Shown piece by piece: positions 1 through 13,228 of a DNA stretch of 64,000 nt. Positions within the stretch are counted from its first letter, which is position 1; each line of letters starts with the position of its first letter. The notes under the pieces are model-generated. The model ran no database searches and had not been told where the DNA came from. It worked only from the letters and a program-made list of their open reading frames with translations. The DNA is from Octopus vulgaris. Its lineage: Eukaryota. The DNA lies in the NCBI GenBank assembly GCA_951406725.2, contig OX597825.1:5766001-5830000 (forward strand). Direction: 5' to 3'. The translations under genes were made by a program, and so were the position numbers.

Positions 1-16
1 TAATAATAATAATAAT

Positions 17-148
17 GCTTTCTACTAAGGGGGAGACGTTACAAATTTTATTGACAACGGGAAGATGAAAGGCAAAGTTGTGACCTCAGCGGAATTTGAA
101 CTGAGAACGGTGAGACGGCGTGTTAACGATTCTGCCAGATTGTCGCCT
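17..148 (-). mobile_element. SINE family A (GGCGGCGAGCTGGCAGAA head), degenerate copy
   Basis: Contains gatgaaaggcaaagtt..acctcagcggaatttgaactgagaac, which matches the reverse complement of the copies at 14614 and 32523. Confidence 0.75.
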
Positions 149-487
149 TAACAACAAATAACGATAATAACGCACGGTTTTGTTGAGACTTATCGAATTA
201 TTCGGACCCCAGTTTATAACAGGGGTTTATTCATCGATCTTTACACGTTCAAAAAAAGCAAAAGGTATGTGTGTGAATGTGTGTGTGTATCCAGTCTTTA
301 TACACACAGACAGATGTGTTTGTGTGTGTGTGTGCGTGTGTGTATCTGTGTGTGTGCGCCTGTGTGTGTGTCCAGTCGTCAAGTATGAAATTCTATGTAC
401 CATGAATTATCTTAATTCCGAACATGTGCTTTACATTTGGGTAGCGTCTGTAAACACTGTCCACCTCTCTACCATTCTCTGTCTCTT

Positions 488-525
<38 letters not shown>

Positions 526-748
526 ACTCCTCTGTCTCTCTCTTCTTTCTCTGTCTCTCTCTCTCTGTATTACACTCTCTTATTCTCTCTCTCTTTCTCT
601 CTCTCTACCTCATAAAAATGCGTGCGTGTGGGTGGCTACTGTGGGTACTCACAATACAGAGACGCATTTACAAACGTAGACAAGTGTGTGTGTGTATGTA
701 TATATGTTTATATATACACGTATTCATCAAACTATAAGCACACACATG

Positions 749-788
<40 letters not shown>

Positions 789-968
789 AACACACACATA
801 CACACACACACATATATACACACAAACACACACATATATATATACACGAACATACACACACAAATATATATATATACACACACATATATATATACATGCA
901 CACACATATATATATATATATATACACAACACACACACACATATATATATATACGCACACACACACAC

Positions 969-1020
<52 letters not shown>

Positions 1021-1278
1021 CTATCCGTTGGTGTCTCTCTCTTCCATTGTCTTCTCTATCTGTCTGCCAAGCAAATGCGTGTGTGCAGTTTTCATCAAAC
1101 CTCGTGACTCTCTAACCACTCCTGCTACCACCACTGTCTGTACTACTCTCACTGCCGCCCTTTCTAACTGAATGCAAGCGTAGTAGCTGATTTACACGTT
1201 CGCGCTGAACAAGTCGCACACACAGACACAGAACCGAGACGGACTTACAGGCACACAGACACACTGACATACTGACAC

Positions 1279-1318
<40 letters not shown>

Positions 1319-1854
1319 CCCGCTCTCTCCTTCTCACACGCACACAGACAATACACACACACACACATAAAGCACACACGCATTCACAATACGCATGTGT
1401 ACCAAAACCGCGCGCAAAACATTCACAGAATTGTAGAGTTTTGTTTATATTTTTCATTTGGTTCCTTTTTTTTTTTCAAAGAAAACACGAAATAAGGAAA
1501 GATCTAAGCCCTTCCACTACCCCTTTCCTCCTTCACATACACACAGACACACACACACACACTCATATACATACATACATGCACACACATAGACACACAC
1601 GCAACAGCTAACGCGGGAGTTCTTATGTGCTTGCTCGACCAGCTCGCTAGAAATAACAGCAAAAATACTCTTTCGGTCGCTGAAAGAAATTTCACAATGA
1701 CGAACAAGGTTGTATGAAGGGCCCAGAATCGAGGGAGGTGCCTGTTAAAATTCAACGGGCTGCACGTTTTTCTTTTCCGGGTGGTGGGGCAACTGGCCCG
1801 TAAGATGTGAATATTTTACGGGTCACTCTTTGGCGCACTGGCCGCTCCACTAAT

Positions 1855-2011
1855 AAATGTGGTTATGAGGAAAGAAGCTTTCTTCCCGACCACATGGTTC
1901 TGGGTTCAGTCCCACTGCATCGCATCTTGAACAAGTATCTTCTACTATAAACTGGGGCCGATCAAAGCCTTGTAAGTGCATGTCATCGATGGAAACTAAA
2001 AGAAGCCCATC

Positions 2012-2012
<1 letters not shown>
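1855..2012 (+). mobile_element. SINE family B (tRNA-like head), 5' half
   Basis: ccacatggttctgggttcagtcccactgc...ggaaactaaaagaagccc matches the copy at 21461 and is followed by (TA)n. Confidence 0.8.
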
Positions 2013-2075
<63 letters not shown>

Positions 2076-2376
2076 GGATCAAAAACGCAATACAGTGCAA
2101 CAAAACATTCGGACAGATAGATGATACAAGGTGGACAACAGAAAGAACAATTAGGACAGGCAAAAAAGAAGGGTCATTTGTGGTCTTCTTTCCTCAGTCA
2201 AGTCCCAAAAGTCATGACCGTTTCGGGCAATTACACTTGAGACAGTTCGATCTGCTTGTCCCGCCAAAAAGTCTAAGCTAAGAGCATCAGACCCCTTTGT
2301 AAGACAGCTAGCGAATATGTATGACAACAAAGACAAAAAACGGAGAATATGGTACAGTAAAAGACGAGAAAGGGAG

Positions 2377-2467
<91 letters not shown>

Positions 2468-2602
2468 TTACTTCTAATATAAGGATAAAACTTTTCAAAA
2501 AAATTTTATCAGTGGCCAGCATTTTAAAATACTTTTTAATGTGAAAAGATGAAAATTATAAACAATCACAAATAAGGGCAAAAGAAAAAAAATTCTATGC
2601 CA

Positions 2603-2712
2603 ATATGCTGAAAAATAGATCTTATCGTCTAACCAGAAACAATATTTTTCGCTATGTGTCTTTATAGGGAAAAATATTGTATGTGGTTAGACGATCTAAG
2701 GTCCATTTTTCA

Positions 2713-2718
<6 letters not shown>
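2603..2718. repeat. Imperfect fold-back inverted repeat (~50 bp arms) in a PLE-type 3' tail
   Basis: atatgctgaaaaatagatcttatcgtctaacca...tggttagacgatctaaggtccatttttcagcatat; the surrounding module is bounded by (TA)n. Confidence 0.8.
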
Positions 2719-2746
<28 letters not shown>

Positions 2747-2788
2747 AATTGCAGCGTGGAATGTGTTTGCTATGCAAGTACATCTCCG

Positions 2789-2839
<51 letters not shown>

Positions 2840-2895
2840 AAAATGCAGATATCGAAGTTAGTAAGAATCCATTATCAGCAAAAAGTCGATCATTA

Positions 2896-2978
2896 TCCCT
2901 TACAGCTGTTTCAAATAAGCTCAGTGGAATTAAGTTAGTGTTAAAATCCCACTTCTGAGCTTAATTTTTTCAGAGGGA
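2896..2978 (-). ncRNA. Type I hammerhead ribozyme motif with a G8A lesion
   Basis: Minus strand: UCCCU-CUGAAAA-[12 bp stem II, 1 mismatch, large loop]-GAAA-CAGCUG-UA-AGGGA. Stem I is a perfect 5 bp and stem III is palindromic. Confidence 0.8.
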
Positions 2979-3124
2979 GACGGAATATCTCTTAGAGAGT
3001 TTATGTGTTAGTTCTTTGAATCATCGCAGCAGACACAACCTCCCCCAAAATATTCAGTATTGAACTAGTATTTCCTTGGATAATACCATCCTTTCATGAA
3101 GCTGTTATAACTTTTATTTCAATG

Positions 3125-3430
3125 GTATAGAGGTTAGGGCATTCGGCTCACCGTCGTGAGTTCCATTTCCGGGGACGCGTTGTGTCCTTGAGCAAGACAC
3201 TTTATTTCACATTGTTCCAGTCCACTCAGCTGGCAATAATGAGTGGTACCTGTAATTCAAAGGGGGCTAGCCTTGTCCCACTCTGTGTCACGCTGAATCT
3301 CCCCCAAGAACTACGCTAAGGGTACACGTGTCTGTGGAGTGCTCAGCCACTTGCATGTTAATCTCATGAGCAGGCAGTTCCGTTGATCAGATCAGCTGGG
3401 ACCCCCGTCGTCGTAACCGACAGAGTGCTC
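3125..3430 (+). mobile_element. SINE family C (tRNA head plus ccttgagcaagacactttatttcac core), tail type 2
   Basis: Core shared with 60819 and 62588; tail shared with 49630-49810 and 10779-10960. Confidence 0.85.
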
Positions 3431-3476
<46 letters not shown>

Positions 3477-3482
<6 letters not shown>

Positions 3483-4143
3483 ATAAGATCCTTAATTTAA
3501 AATAAAATAACGAACTTATCAAGTGGTCAGCATGGATAAAATAACCTTCAAAGGTAATAATTATTAAAATTATAAATTAGGGTATCTAAGAGATACCACC
3601 ATGCTGAAAATAGCAGCCATGAACCGACTCTAAAACCACCTTAAGTTTTCGTATAGCAACATGGAGAAAAGACAAAGAGACAAGATAAAACTAGTAAAAA
3701 ATTACTGGATAATTCCAGATCCCGGATTTCTGAATTTGCATTTAGGAATGCTTTGCCTCGTCAGTAGAATACACTCAAAAAGAAACATAAATACATATAT
3801 ATATAAATACAACATACGAATACTTACATATACGAACGCATACTTACATATATATGCACGTATGCATCAAGGCTAGTTCAAAATGCCCGCTAATTCCATG
3901 TGCTATATGGTAAAATATCATTTTCAGCATGGTGGTATTTCGTAGATACCCTAATTTATAATTTTAATAATTATTTCCTTTGAAGGTTATTTTTTCCATT
4001 CTGACCACTTGATAAGTTCGTTATTTTATTTTAAATTAACGATCTTATCCTTATTTATATAAATTTAAATTTATTTCGTCACTGTATTTACTGCGGTGAT
4101 ATTTTACCATATAGCACATGGAATTAGCGGGCATTTTGAACTA
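3477..4143. repeat. Two abutting inverted duplications of a PLE-type tail: A 3477-3611 / A' 3920-4054 and B 3874-3920 / B' 4097-4143
   Basis: A/A' is 135 bp with 6 mismatches and B/B' is 47 bp perfect (manual comparison). Confidence 0.9.
3712..3770 (-). ncRNA. Type I hammerhead ribozyme motif with degenerate stem II base
   Basis: Minus strand: AUUCUA-CUGACGA-GGCAAAGCAUUCCUAAAUGCAAAUUCA-GAAA-UCCGGGA-UC-UGGAAU; 6 bp stem I. Confidence 0.7.
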
Positions 4144-4195
4144 ACCACTAAGTCACGCTCTCTCTCTTTCTCTCTCTTTCTCTCTCTCTCCTTTC

Positions 4196-4227
<32 letters not shown>

Positions 4228-4294
4228 CATTCTTTCTTTCTTTCCTACATTCACACAGACACTCATATATTTGTACCCACGCACATTTGGCTTC

Positions 4295-4339
<45 letters not shown>

Positions 4340-4356
4340 TGTGTGTCTGTGTGTCT

Positions 4357-4393
<37 letters not shown>

Positions 4394-4983
4394 TGTGTGA
4401 AATTGTATACATATATTGAACAGGCATTAAGAAATAGCATGAAAAAGTCATGCCATTCTTCATTCCGTAATGATCCAAAACGACGATGTCTTGGATTCTT
4501 TCAGGAACACTTGTCTTTAAGTCTAAAAGCATTCCTCTGAAGAAATGGTTATTATGACATTTTGATACACAACAACATCCATCACAACGACCACCGTCAC
4601 CGTCAACACCGCCACGACCAAAACAGCACCTAGGTCCCCGTCGCTGTCTCCACCCTAACACTGAATGAAAAGATGTCTCCTTAACGTGATAGCTATCATT
4701 GGCACTGCTTTTATTGATACCCGTGGCTATAAAAAAATAAGAAAATGAAGTAAAACGAGAGGTGAACATTTAATAACAGTAATAAAATTTATAATGGTAA
4801 TTATTCTTTTATTACTCCAAGGGCAATGGATAAGGGATACCGCAAAAACAGTAGGCGTTTATGATGGAGGCGGGAAACCACATTTGTATAAATTAATGAA
4901 CACATACACACACACACACATACACACACACGCACAAACACACACACACACACATTATTGTATTATGTTATATTTTATTATAA

Positions 4984-5170
4984 GATGGTGAGCTGGCATA
5001 AATGTTAGCACACTAGACAAGATTCTTAGCAGCATATCGTCTACCTTTATGCTAGGGGTTCAAATGCCACCGGGATTAAATAGTACCTGGTGATCACTGG
5101 GGCCAATGTAATCTGCTAACCCCTTCCACCAAAATTTTGAGTCTTGTACATATTGCTTGAAAGAATTATA
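4984..5170 (+). mobile_element. SINE family A, degenerate
   Basis: gatggtgagctggcataaatgttagcac head. Confidence 0.7.
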
Positions 5171-5222
5171 TTAAAATTTTGTTGACAGTGATGCCAACCT
5201 TTGGCCAATAAACGGTTTGTTC

Positions 5223-5267
5223 AAATCGCATGATGAAGCAGAGCTGGCGAAACTTCGAAGTCGTTTT
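5223..5267 (+). ncRNA. Degenerate hammerhead ribozyme motif (C3A)
   Basis: AUGAUGA-A-GCAGAGCUGGC-GAAA-CUUCGAAG-UC; palindromic stem III, poor stem I, followed by AATAAA. Confidence 0.55.
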
Positions 5268-5363
5268 CAATAAATTTGTAATAAGTATTTGACTCTACAC
5301 GTATATAGAGTAATTTATTCATTCAATGGTCATTAGCATACATACATACACACAATATATATA

Positions 5364-5403
<40 letters not shown>

Positions 5404-5635
5404 TTTCAAAATATATATATAACACTATATATATATATGTGTGTGTGAGTGTGTATGTCTCCTTATATGTGTGTGTGTGTGCGTACGTCTCCTTCATGTT
5501 GTTTTCGTATTTTATGTTTATTTTATGTTGTTTACGTTCGGTGGTGTCCTGTGCCCATACGTGCATGTATATATAAATATATGCATGAATATATATACAT
5601 GTGTATGTATGCAAATATATTTATATATTATTTAT

Positions 5636-5713
<78 letters not shown>

Positions 5714-5770
5714 GCACACATACATATATATAAATATTTACATATGTAAACACACACGCACACACATATG

Positions 5771-7110
5771 CAGGGACCCCACGCTTTACAGAATTAATGC
5801 GTTCCTGAAAATCAAGCCGTAACGCAAAATTCCATAATGCGAAATTAATTTTCTTATGGATTTTCATATTATGAAGCGAGATTGCGTTCCTGCAAAAAAG
5901 AAAAAAAAAGGTTCAAGCTAATAACAGAGAACAAACAACTGAGTCACCTTTACACATGAAAATAGCAATTTCTAAACAGGCGCTGTACAATATAGATACA
6001 TTTTTATGTTCAGAAATTGTTATTTTCATGGATAAAGGTGATTGTGTTGCTTGTTCTGTGTTATTTTCTTGAGCTTCATTTCAACAGGAATACGTTCAGG
6101 AATTAATAAGAATGGTAATATCCCAAGAGTACGTTCTTGCCACAAAAGACGTTGACTACTGCATGACGGGTGGTAGTTGTGGAATGCGCGTTAGTAGGAG
6201 TATGAGGGTCAATATTTATTATCTTATAATGTTTATTATCTTATTCTTCATTTTATCACCAACGCAGTTTGTGGGGGTAAAGAATTTATCCAAAGTTGTT
6301 TGTCGTTTATGATGAACCATTTCTGTTGACAGCTTCGTATAGGAGCTAAGCTTGTGGTAAATTCCTTTTGTAATCTTTCTCATGTTCACATTTAGGATGA
6401 TAAATCTCGGAGCGAGTTATAAACAGTAGCTACAACACATCGTGACGTACGTTTGCCATTGAAATATGGAGTTATATGATTATCGACAAAAGCCTGCAGA
6501 CCTAAGTGCCAATTCTTCAGCACGCATTTTTTAAAGCCAGTTTAAGTGGTGCATGTGGAATTTCCGTTGTCTCATCTGTATTCTCAACTTTTGGTTTTTC
6601 CAGATTCAGCTCCTCATTATAAAATTTATAAATGCGCCATTTTAAAGCCTAGCCAGGCTCATGGGCCCGGTTTCCCGGTTTCAATGACACATATGTTCCC
6701 CAGCTGGACGGGACGCCAGTCCATCGTAGCGTTACTCATTTTTGTCAGCTGAGTGGACTGGAGCAACGTGAAATGAAGTGTTTTGCTCAAGAACACAACG
6801 CGTCGCCCGGTCCAGCAACCGAAACCACAATCTTACGATCATGGTGCTGACACCCTAACCACTAAGCCACACGCCTCCACTCAACTCCTCGTTGGATAAA
6901 CTTTTTTTTTCTTGGACACTAGTAACTCAATCACATCATCCTCTATGAATTCTTCAAATCCTTCATCCTTTGGCAGTGTTGCAGTATCAACGGTTTTGAT
7001 TTGAATGGATCCCAACTCGCTAACAAGTGACCCACGCTTTGGGATCTCAAAGACATGCTCTGCGGTCGTGTGAAATGTGACATGCACGTTTGGTTGCGAA
7101 TCACCACTGA
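5771..7110 (-). mobile_element. Tigger/pogo-like DNA transposon remnant interrupted by a SINE
   Basis: Terminus cagggaccccacgctttac...aatgcgttcc; minus-strand peptides DEGFEEFIEDDVIELL (6881-7087 ORF) and KRQTTLDKFF (near 6279-6308), typical of pogo/Tigger C-termini. Confidence 0.6.
6631..6878 (-). mobile_element. SINE family C, tail type 3 (gcgatggactggcgtcccgtccag-like)
   Basis: Closely similar to 19731-19980. Confidence 0.85.
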
Positions 7111-7249
7111 GAGATTTTTTCTAAGGTACCCGACAAGTAGACCCTAGACCCAGGAACTAATAGTGTCTTGCGTTGGATACAATGTTTGGCAACCTTTGTT
7201 TCGGATCTCTGCGTTCTGAGCTCAAATTCCGTTCAGGTCAACTTATATA

Positions 7250-7412
7250 TATATACGTCCTTTCAGCTTCCGTCTACTAATTCCACTCACAAGGCTTTGG
7301 TCAGCCCAAGGCTATAGTGGAAGACACTTGCTCAAGGTGCCACACAGTGAGACTGAACCCCAAACCATGTGATTGGGAAGCAAGCTTCTTACCACACAGC
7401 CACTCCTGTGCT
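7250..7412 (-). mobile_element. SINE family B, 5' half
   Basis: Reverse complement of the 21461-21623 head. Confidence 0.85.
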
Positions 7413-7507
7413 TATATATATGAAGAGTGAGTGAGAGAGAGAGAGAGAGAGAGAGAGGATTCTAGTGGATGAAGCACCATATGCATATTGGTATAATTCA
7501 ATTACAA

Positions 7508-7720
7508 AGATATATTAAATAGAGAGATACTATTGACAATCCAATAATTTATTTACATTACAATATTACATGATATACTATGAATGTAGCACAACAATAT
7601 TATAGAATATAAACGATTATTAAATTATATAATATTATGTTATATTCATAGAATATCATGCAATATTACAATATAAATAAATTATTGGCTTGTCAATAGT
7701 TTTCTCGATTTAATTTATCT
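7508..7720. repeat. Diverged AT-rich fold-back inverted repeat (~95 bp arms)
   Basis: ctattgacaatccaataatttattta.. vs ..taaataaattattggcttgtcaatag; ends at (TA)n. Confidence 0.8.
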
Positions 7721-7752
<32 letters not shown>

Positions 7753-7862
7753 CGCGCGAATGTGTGTGTGTTTCTATATATATATATGTATGTATATGTA
7801 TATATATATGCATATATATATACATATATGCATGCATATATTTATACAAATTTATATATATC

Positions 7863-7913
<51 letters not shown>

Positions 7914-7953
7914 CGATGTAAATAGATATGTGTGCGTGCGTGTGTGTGTGTGT

Positions 7954-8033
<80 letters not shown>

Positions 8034-8703
8034 GTATTTGTAGGTCCTCCGTCGGTCATTGCTCACCATGCAACATGTGTGTCTGCACATGTACGTACAA
8101 GTCTGGGCAAGACATTTTGAAGTCTAAAGATGGCGGTTCAGTGGCCGTACGTGCAAGTCTTCCTTTCATTTCGCCACTCGATGTTTATCTAAAGGTAAAG
8201 ATATGCGTTGGTAGCATTGTTGTCGCAGGTGTTGCTGTCAGAAATCAAAAACTCAGAACAGATACCTGCAGGGCCTCTTTTTCGACCTTTAAAGAGTTCC
8301 ACCAATCCATCGTCACAAAACGATGGATTTTTTTTCTTTTTATCGACCAAGAAATGATGAAAGCCAATGTTAACCTCGGCTTGATTTAAACTGAGAACGG
8401 AGAAAGGTAAAAGAAAAGCCGCCAGGTATAGGAACTCGAACGCCTCGACCAATTCACCACTTTATTCGTTAAAAACACATTGCACACCTTCACAAATATA
8501 TATAGGTATGCATACATTTATACACACACACACGCTCAAACGCACGCACAGATATTTACATACACACGTATTTAAATGTACATATATATATACACACACA
8601 TATATATGTGTGTATGTGTGTATGTATGCATGTATATACGTGTGTGTATGTACGTATGCATTTATATATATACATATATATACATATGTATATACACACA
8701 CAC

Positions 8704-8799
<96 letters not shown>

Positions 8800-8869
8800 C
8801 ACACATGATCCGAAATGGTGTTCTACAGGTTGACGTGCTTTGATTCTTAAGAATCCATGTAACTGTACA

Positions 8870-8937
<68 letters not shown>

Positions 8938-8987
8938 TGTATATTTTGTGTATTCGATATGTATATATATATATGTTCATAAATGTA

Positions 8988-9042
<55 letters not shown>

Positions 9043-9253
9043 GCATATATATATTCGATATATATAGATAGGCAGATAGATATATTCGATATACATATGT
9101 ATACACACACACACATGATTGACTGATCTTACGAGACAATCTCGTGTATAACATGATAGCTGTCTTGCATTCGATAGTGAGACATCTGTACATCAATCGA
9201 TTTAAGTGATAAAAACTTGTACAAAATTTTTGCCACTCTCCCAGTCACCGTAG

Positions 9254-9710
9254 TATTGGGCCATCCCAGAAATAATGCGGTTTCCTTATACTTCTTTATT
9301 TTTCAAAATTAAGATAAACAAGTTGCTTTTTTAATTTAAAATATACTCTCCTTCATTTTCTACAATGCTCTTCCATTTATCTGATAGACTTGCAAGGCCC
9401 CTCTTCCGAAATTCACTTTTCCGTGAAGAAAAATACTCCTCCAAATACTATTCTGACCTCGTCTACAGAATTAATATTTTTTTTCGGTTCAAATGATTTT
9501 GAAGACCTTGGAATAAATGATAATCAGATGGGGCAATGTCCGGTGAATATGATGGGTGGGGCATCGTTTCCCATTCAAACCGCTCCAGCCTTTGGAATGT
9601 CATCCTCGCTGTATGTGGCCGAGCATTATCCTGATGGAAGAACACCTTATGTCTTCAAAACAAAGATGGTCGTTTTCCTTCTAGAGCTGACTTAAGCTGC
9701 TCAAGCTGCT
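9254..9710 (-). mobile_element. Mariner transposon 3' remnant (DD34D transposase pseudogene fragment)
   Basis: ORF 9463-9645 FHQDNARPHT...HPSYSPDIAPSDYHLF; TIR-like tattggg at 9254. Confidence 0.93.
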
Positions 9711-10112
9711 CTCGGGGTCACGTATGGACAGTAGATAAGAAGGGAAGGAGGATGAGAGAGGGGGGAAGAGGGAGCGGCCCCATGACTAATTTTCCCATCT
9801 CTGCCTTTTCACCACCGGACACATAGCGCGCCGGTCAACATTTTCTCTCTTATTAATTCTCTTTTTTATATGTATTTCTTTCGCGTTTGGCCAAAAGGCT
9901 TTATTTATTGTGTCTTCGTCTATCATTTCAAATTCACTTTCGTACGCCCAGCCTCTATTGTCTTGTTTGCTCGAGCCCTAATTCTACACAAATTTTGCGG
10001 GTGCCGCCGATATACGAAGTTCTCAGTCTTTTTTGGCTTACGTGATACAAATCCAAGACTTTTTGTTGAGATGATGTGATTGCTACTTGCTGATTGATTA
10101 GACTGTCTCTAT

Positions 10113-10454
10113 TAGAGATACTCAACCATTTTTTTGTCTATGGATCCCATTGATCACTATTTTATTCTGGTGGACCCCCCCCCCCCCATTGCCATTTGAT
10201 GTTTAAAAAACTAGTTTTATAGAAACTTCTTTTAAAATTCCAATTTTCTTTTTCACACATTAACTTGTGTAGATTGAACTACGTAAAACGTCAAAGAAAC
10301 GTAGCTATTTCTTGCAATACAGACCAAGGCAAAAATTTTTTCAGGGCCCTTTAAAATACTATTGTGAATCCTCAATTTACTATTTTGTTGCGTGGACCCC
10401 CAAAAACCTTATATAGAATTCAGAGACCATATGGACACCGGTTGAGAAACAATA
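10113..10454. mobile_element. hAT/Charlie-like MITE
   Basis: Termini tagagatactcaacc / ggttgagaaacaata; flanking 8-mers gtctctat / atctatat resemble a TSD. Confidence 0.55.
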
Positions 10455-10778
10455 ATCTATATTTATTGTTGCTAGAAATAGCAACCAAACTTCCCTTATA
10501 TCACACCCTGAGAACCACATAGAATGTCATTTAGTATCGTTAGAACTAAACTCTCCTCATATCTTTGAAAAAAAGGGCATGTAAGATCATATGCTGTCCT
10601 GCACACACTGTATCTGAAGACACAACTACGACCAGTGATGCAGCCCTTAAGTAGTTACACAAATTGTTACAAAATGCTTTTTTTTTTTTAACTAAGAAAA
10701 TATGTGATAATGCTTACTGGTCCTTAATGAAAGAGACAGCAGCAATTAGATTTACTTATCACTTAATTAAAAAAAGTG

Positions 10779-11108
10779 TGGTACTCCGTCGGTTACGACG
10801 ACGAGAATTCCAGTTGATCCGATCAACGGAACAGCATGCTCGTGAAATTAACGTGCAAGTGGCTGAGCACTCCGCAGACGTGTGTAGCCTTAACGTGGTT
10901 CTCCAGGAGATTCAGCGTGTTACGGAATGTGACAAGCTGGGCCCCTTTCCCTTTGAATTACCGGTACAAATCATTTTTGCCAGTTGAGTGGACTGGAGCA
11001 GCGTGAAATAAAGTGTTTTTCTCAAGGGCACAACGCGCCGCCTTGGAATTGAACTCAGGACCTTACGATTGTGAGTCGAATACCCTAACCACTAAGTCAC
11101 GCGCCTTC
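10779..11108 (-). mobile_element. SINE family C, tail type 2
   Basis: Reverse-complement match to 3125-3430. Confidence 0.85.
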
Positions 11109-12150
11109 ACTATAAAAGTGTACTAACAGCATATTCAAGGCAAAAGTAAGTTGCACTTTCATAAGTTGGTCAATATAGAGAAAAACGAAAGTAGGTAGGG
11201 TTGGGAGGTGAGTTCTAGGTGAATATGGATCTGGGAAGACTGATTGATCGAAGTGTTAATCGAAGTGTTTAATGATGTTAATCTGTCGAAGCGACGATGA
11301 GCATTTGGTCATCCAACGATGACTGATGACTTGTGCAGTGATGACTTTGTTTAATCGTAAACCATCATCCTCTTCATTCTCTCGTCTGCGTCTATCAGTC
11401 AATCCAGCAACAAGACCAGGTCAAGATGGCAGAGGATGGACACGGATGGAATGGATGATGTCTTGCCAATTCATTCGACTAAAAATTATTCACGGTGATA
11501 TTCCAGCATGGCCGCAGTCTAATGAGTAAACAAGGTAAAATACAAAAGATGAAAGTGAGACTGGGGGTGGGGACAAGGGTGGTCAATTCAGACATGTCTA
11601 ACACCGCTTCTATCCTGCGACTTTGTGCCACTGCAACCGATGTAAAAATTTACCAATTTCTCAATTTAATTTTTTTGAGAAGAGCTCATCACAACTTGGT
11701 TCCTGGTCCTTAGCTTGAAGAGATGTAGGACGAGGAGCGGGGTTACAAAACTGGGATGAAGAACATAAGCAGGGGGGTAGGGTTTTGCGTCTCATTGTAT
11801 CCTAGACAGAGAGAGAAAAGAAGGTCGAGATGAAACGGAGATGGTTTAGTAATCTCGTTTTCATTCACACACGTACACACACACACACACACACATATAT
11901 ACGCGCACATACATACACTAAAGAGTAAATACTTCATCTAATTTGATGCGGCTATCAAGTAAAGAGCAAAAACTTACAAAGAGAACGGGAGAGAGAGAGA
12001 GAGGTGGGGGGGGGGGGTTTAATTCCACGAAACACTCAATAAAATTAAGTGGAATCATTAAAATAAATACATTAATATGTGTGAAATGAAACACTGAAGA
12101 TAACATTATGTCGTTGTTCTTTGTCGGTTAAATAGATCTATATATATATT

Positions 12151-12243
<93 letters not shown>

Positions 12244-12377
12244 CAGACAGACAGACAGACAGATAGACAGACAGATAAACAGACAGACAGATAGATAGAT
12301 AGATATATATATATGTATGTATATATATCTGTGCATATGTTTATATATGCATGTATGTATGTATGTATGTATGTATG

Positions 12378-12408
<31 letters not shown>

Positions 12409-12606
12409 GTATGTATGTGTGTATGTGTGTATGTATGCAAGGAAGTTGAAACCGCTAATAGTGTAATATATGTAGCATTGATCGAACGAATAGGATATAA
12501 ATTTTAATTAGGAGAAAATAGGAAATATAACATATATCTGGACTATTTTGACAATTATGTATTAATATGATGAAAGAATGTATGTGCATGTATGTGTGTG
12601 TATGTG

Positions 12607-12645
<39 letters not shown>

Positions 12646-12669
12646 GTGTGTGTGTGTTGGGATTCCCGT

Positions 12670-13110
12670 GGAAATGCTTATCTAGATAAACGTTTCCCAG
12701 AAAATCACACACACACAGGAAGATCTTCAATAGACGCCCGATTAACTAATATACAGCCGCCGTCCTAATATGAAGAACATCATTAGCCACAAAGACCACC
12801 TACGGCCCACTCCCTGTTGTCGACGCCCAGAGCTTGCCCACTCGACCAGGGGTCCATGAGAACTTCTGTCGTAGATGAGGTGGAAGTTACATTAACGCTA
12901 CAAGATAACCAACCGAAAAGAATTACATCGTGTTGTTGCAAGGTGGTTTTAAAGACGTAATGCTAACCACCTACCATCTTGCCGGCATAAGTGAAGCCGC
13001 TAAGTTGGCAAGTCACGTATGGTGTCTGAAGACCAACTCTGCTCCACACACAATCAAGTGGAAAATCGCAGAAAAATCCATGCCATGTGTTGGTGGATCA
13101 AAAAGAAACG
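12670..13110 (+). pseudogene. Penelope-like element ORF fragment (post-RT linker plus GIY-YIG endonuclease), frameshifted
   Basis: Peptides YLDKRFPENH / RKIFNR / YSRRPNMKNIISH / CPLD..SVV / NYIVLLQGGFKD / LASHVWCLK..IKWKI match PLE motif order. Confidence 0.85.
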
Positions 13111-13228
13111 GTAGATATGCGTAGCTGAAAGATCTCATATCCTTTTTAGATCTAAGAATTCCACCACACTGCTGAATATATATATATATATACCTTACGT
13201 ACCCTGTATATATATATATATATATATA

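Noticed and set aside
4530-4570. ctgaaga-aatg..catt-tt-gata as a hammerhead
   Set aside because: No GAAA in register, and no stem I or cleavage triplet
8043-8330. Possible host exon after an AG acceptor
   Set aside because: No recognisable protein motif; the long frame merely extends from (GT)n and runs into SINE sequence
11320-11365. ctgatga core-like word
   Set aside because: No stem II or GAAA downstream
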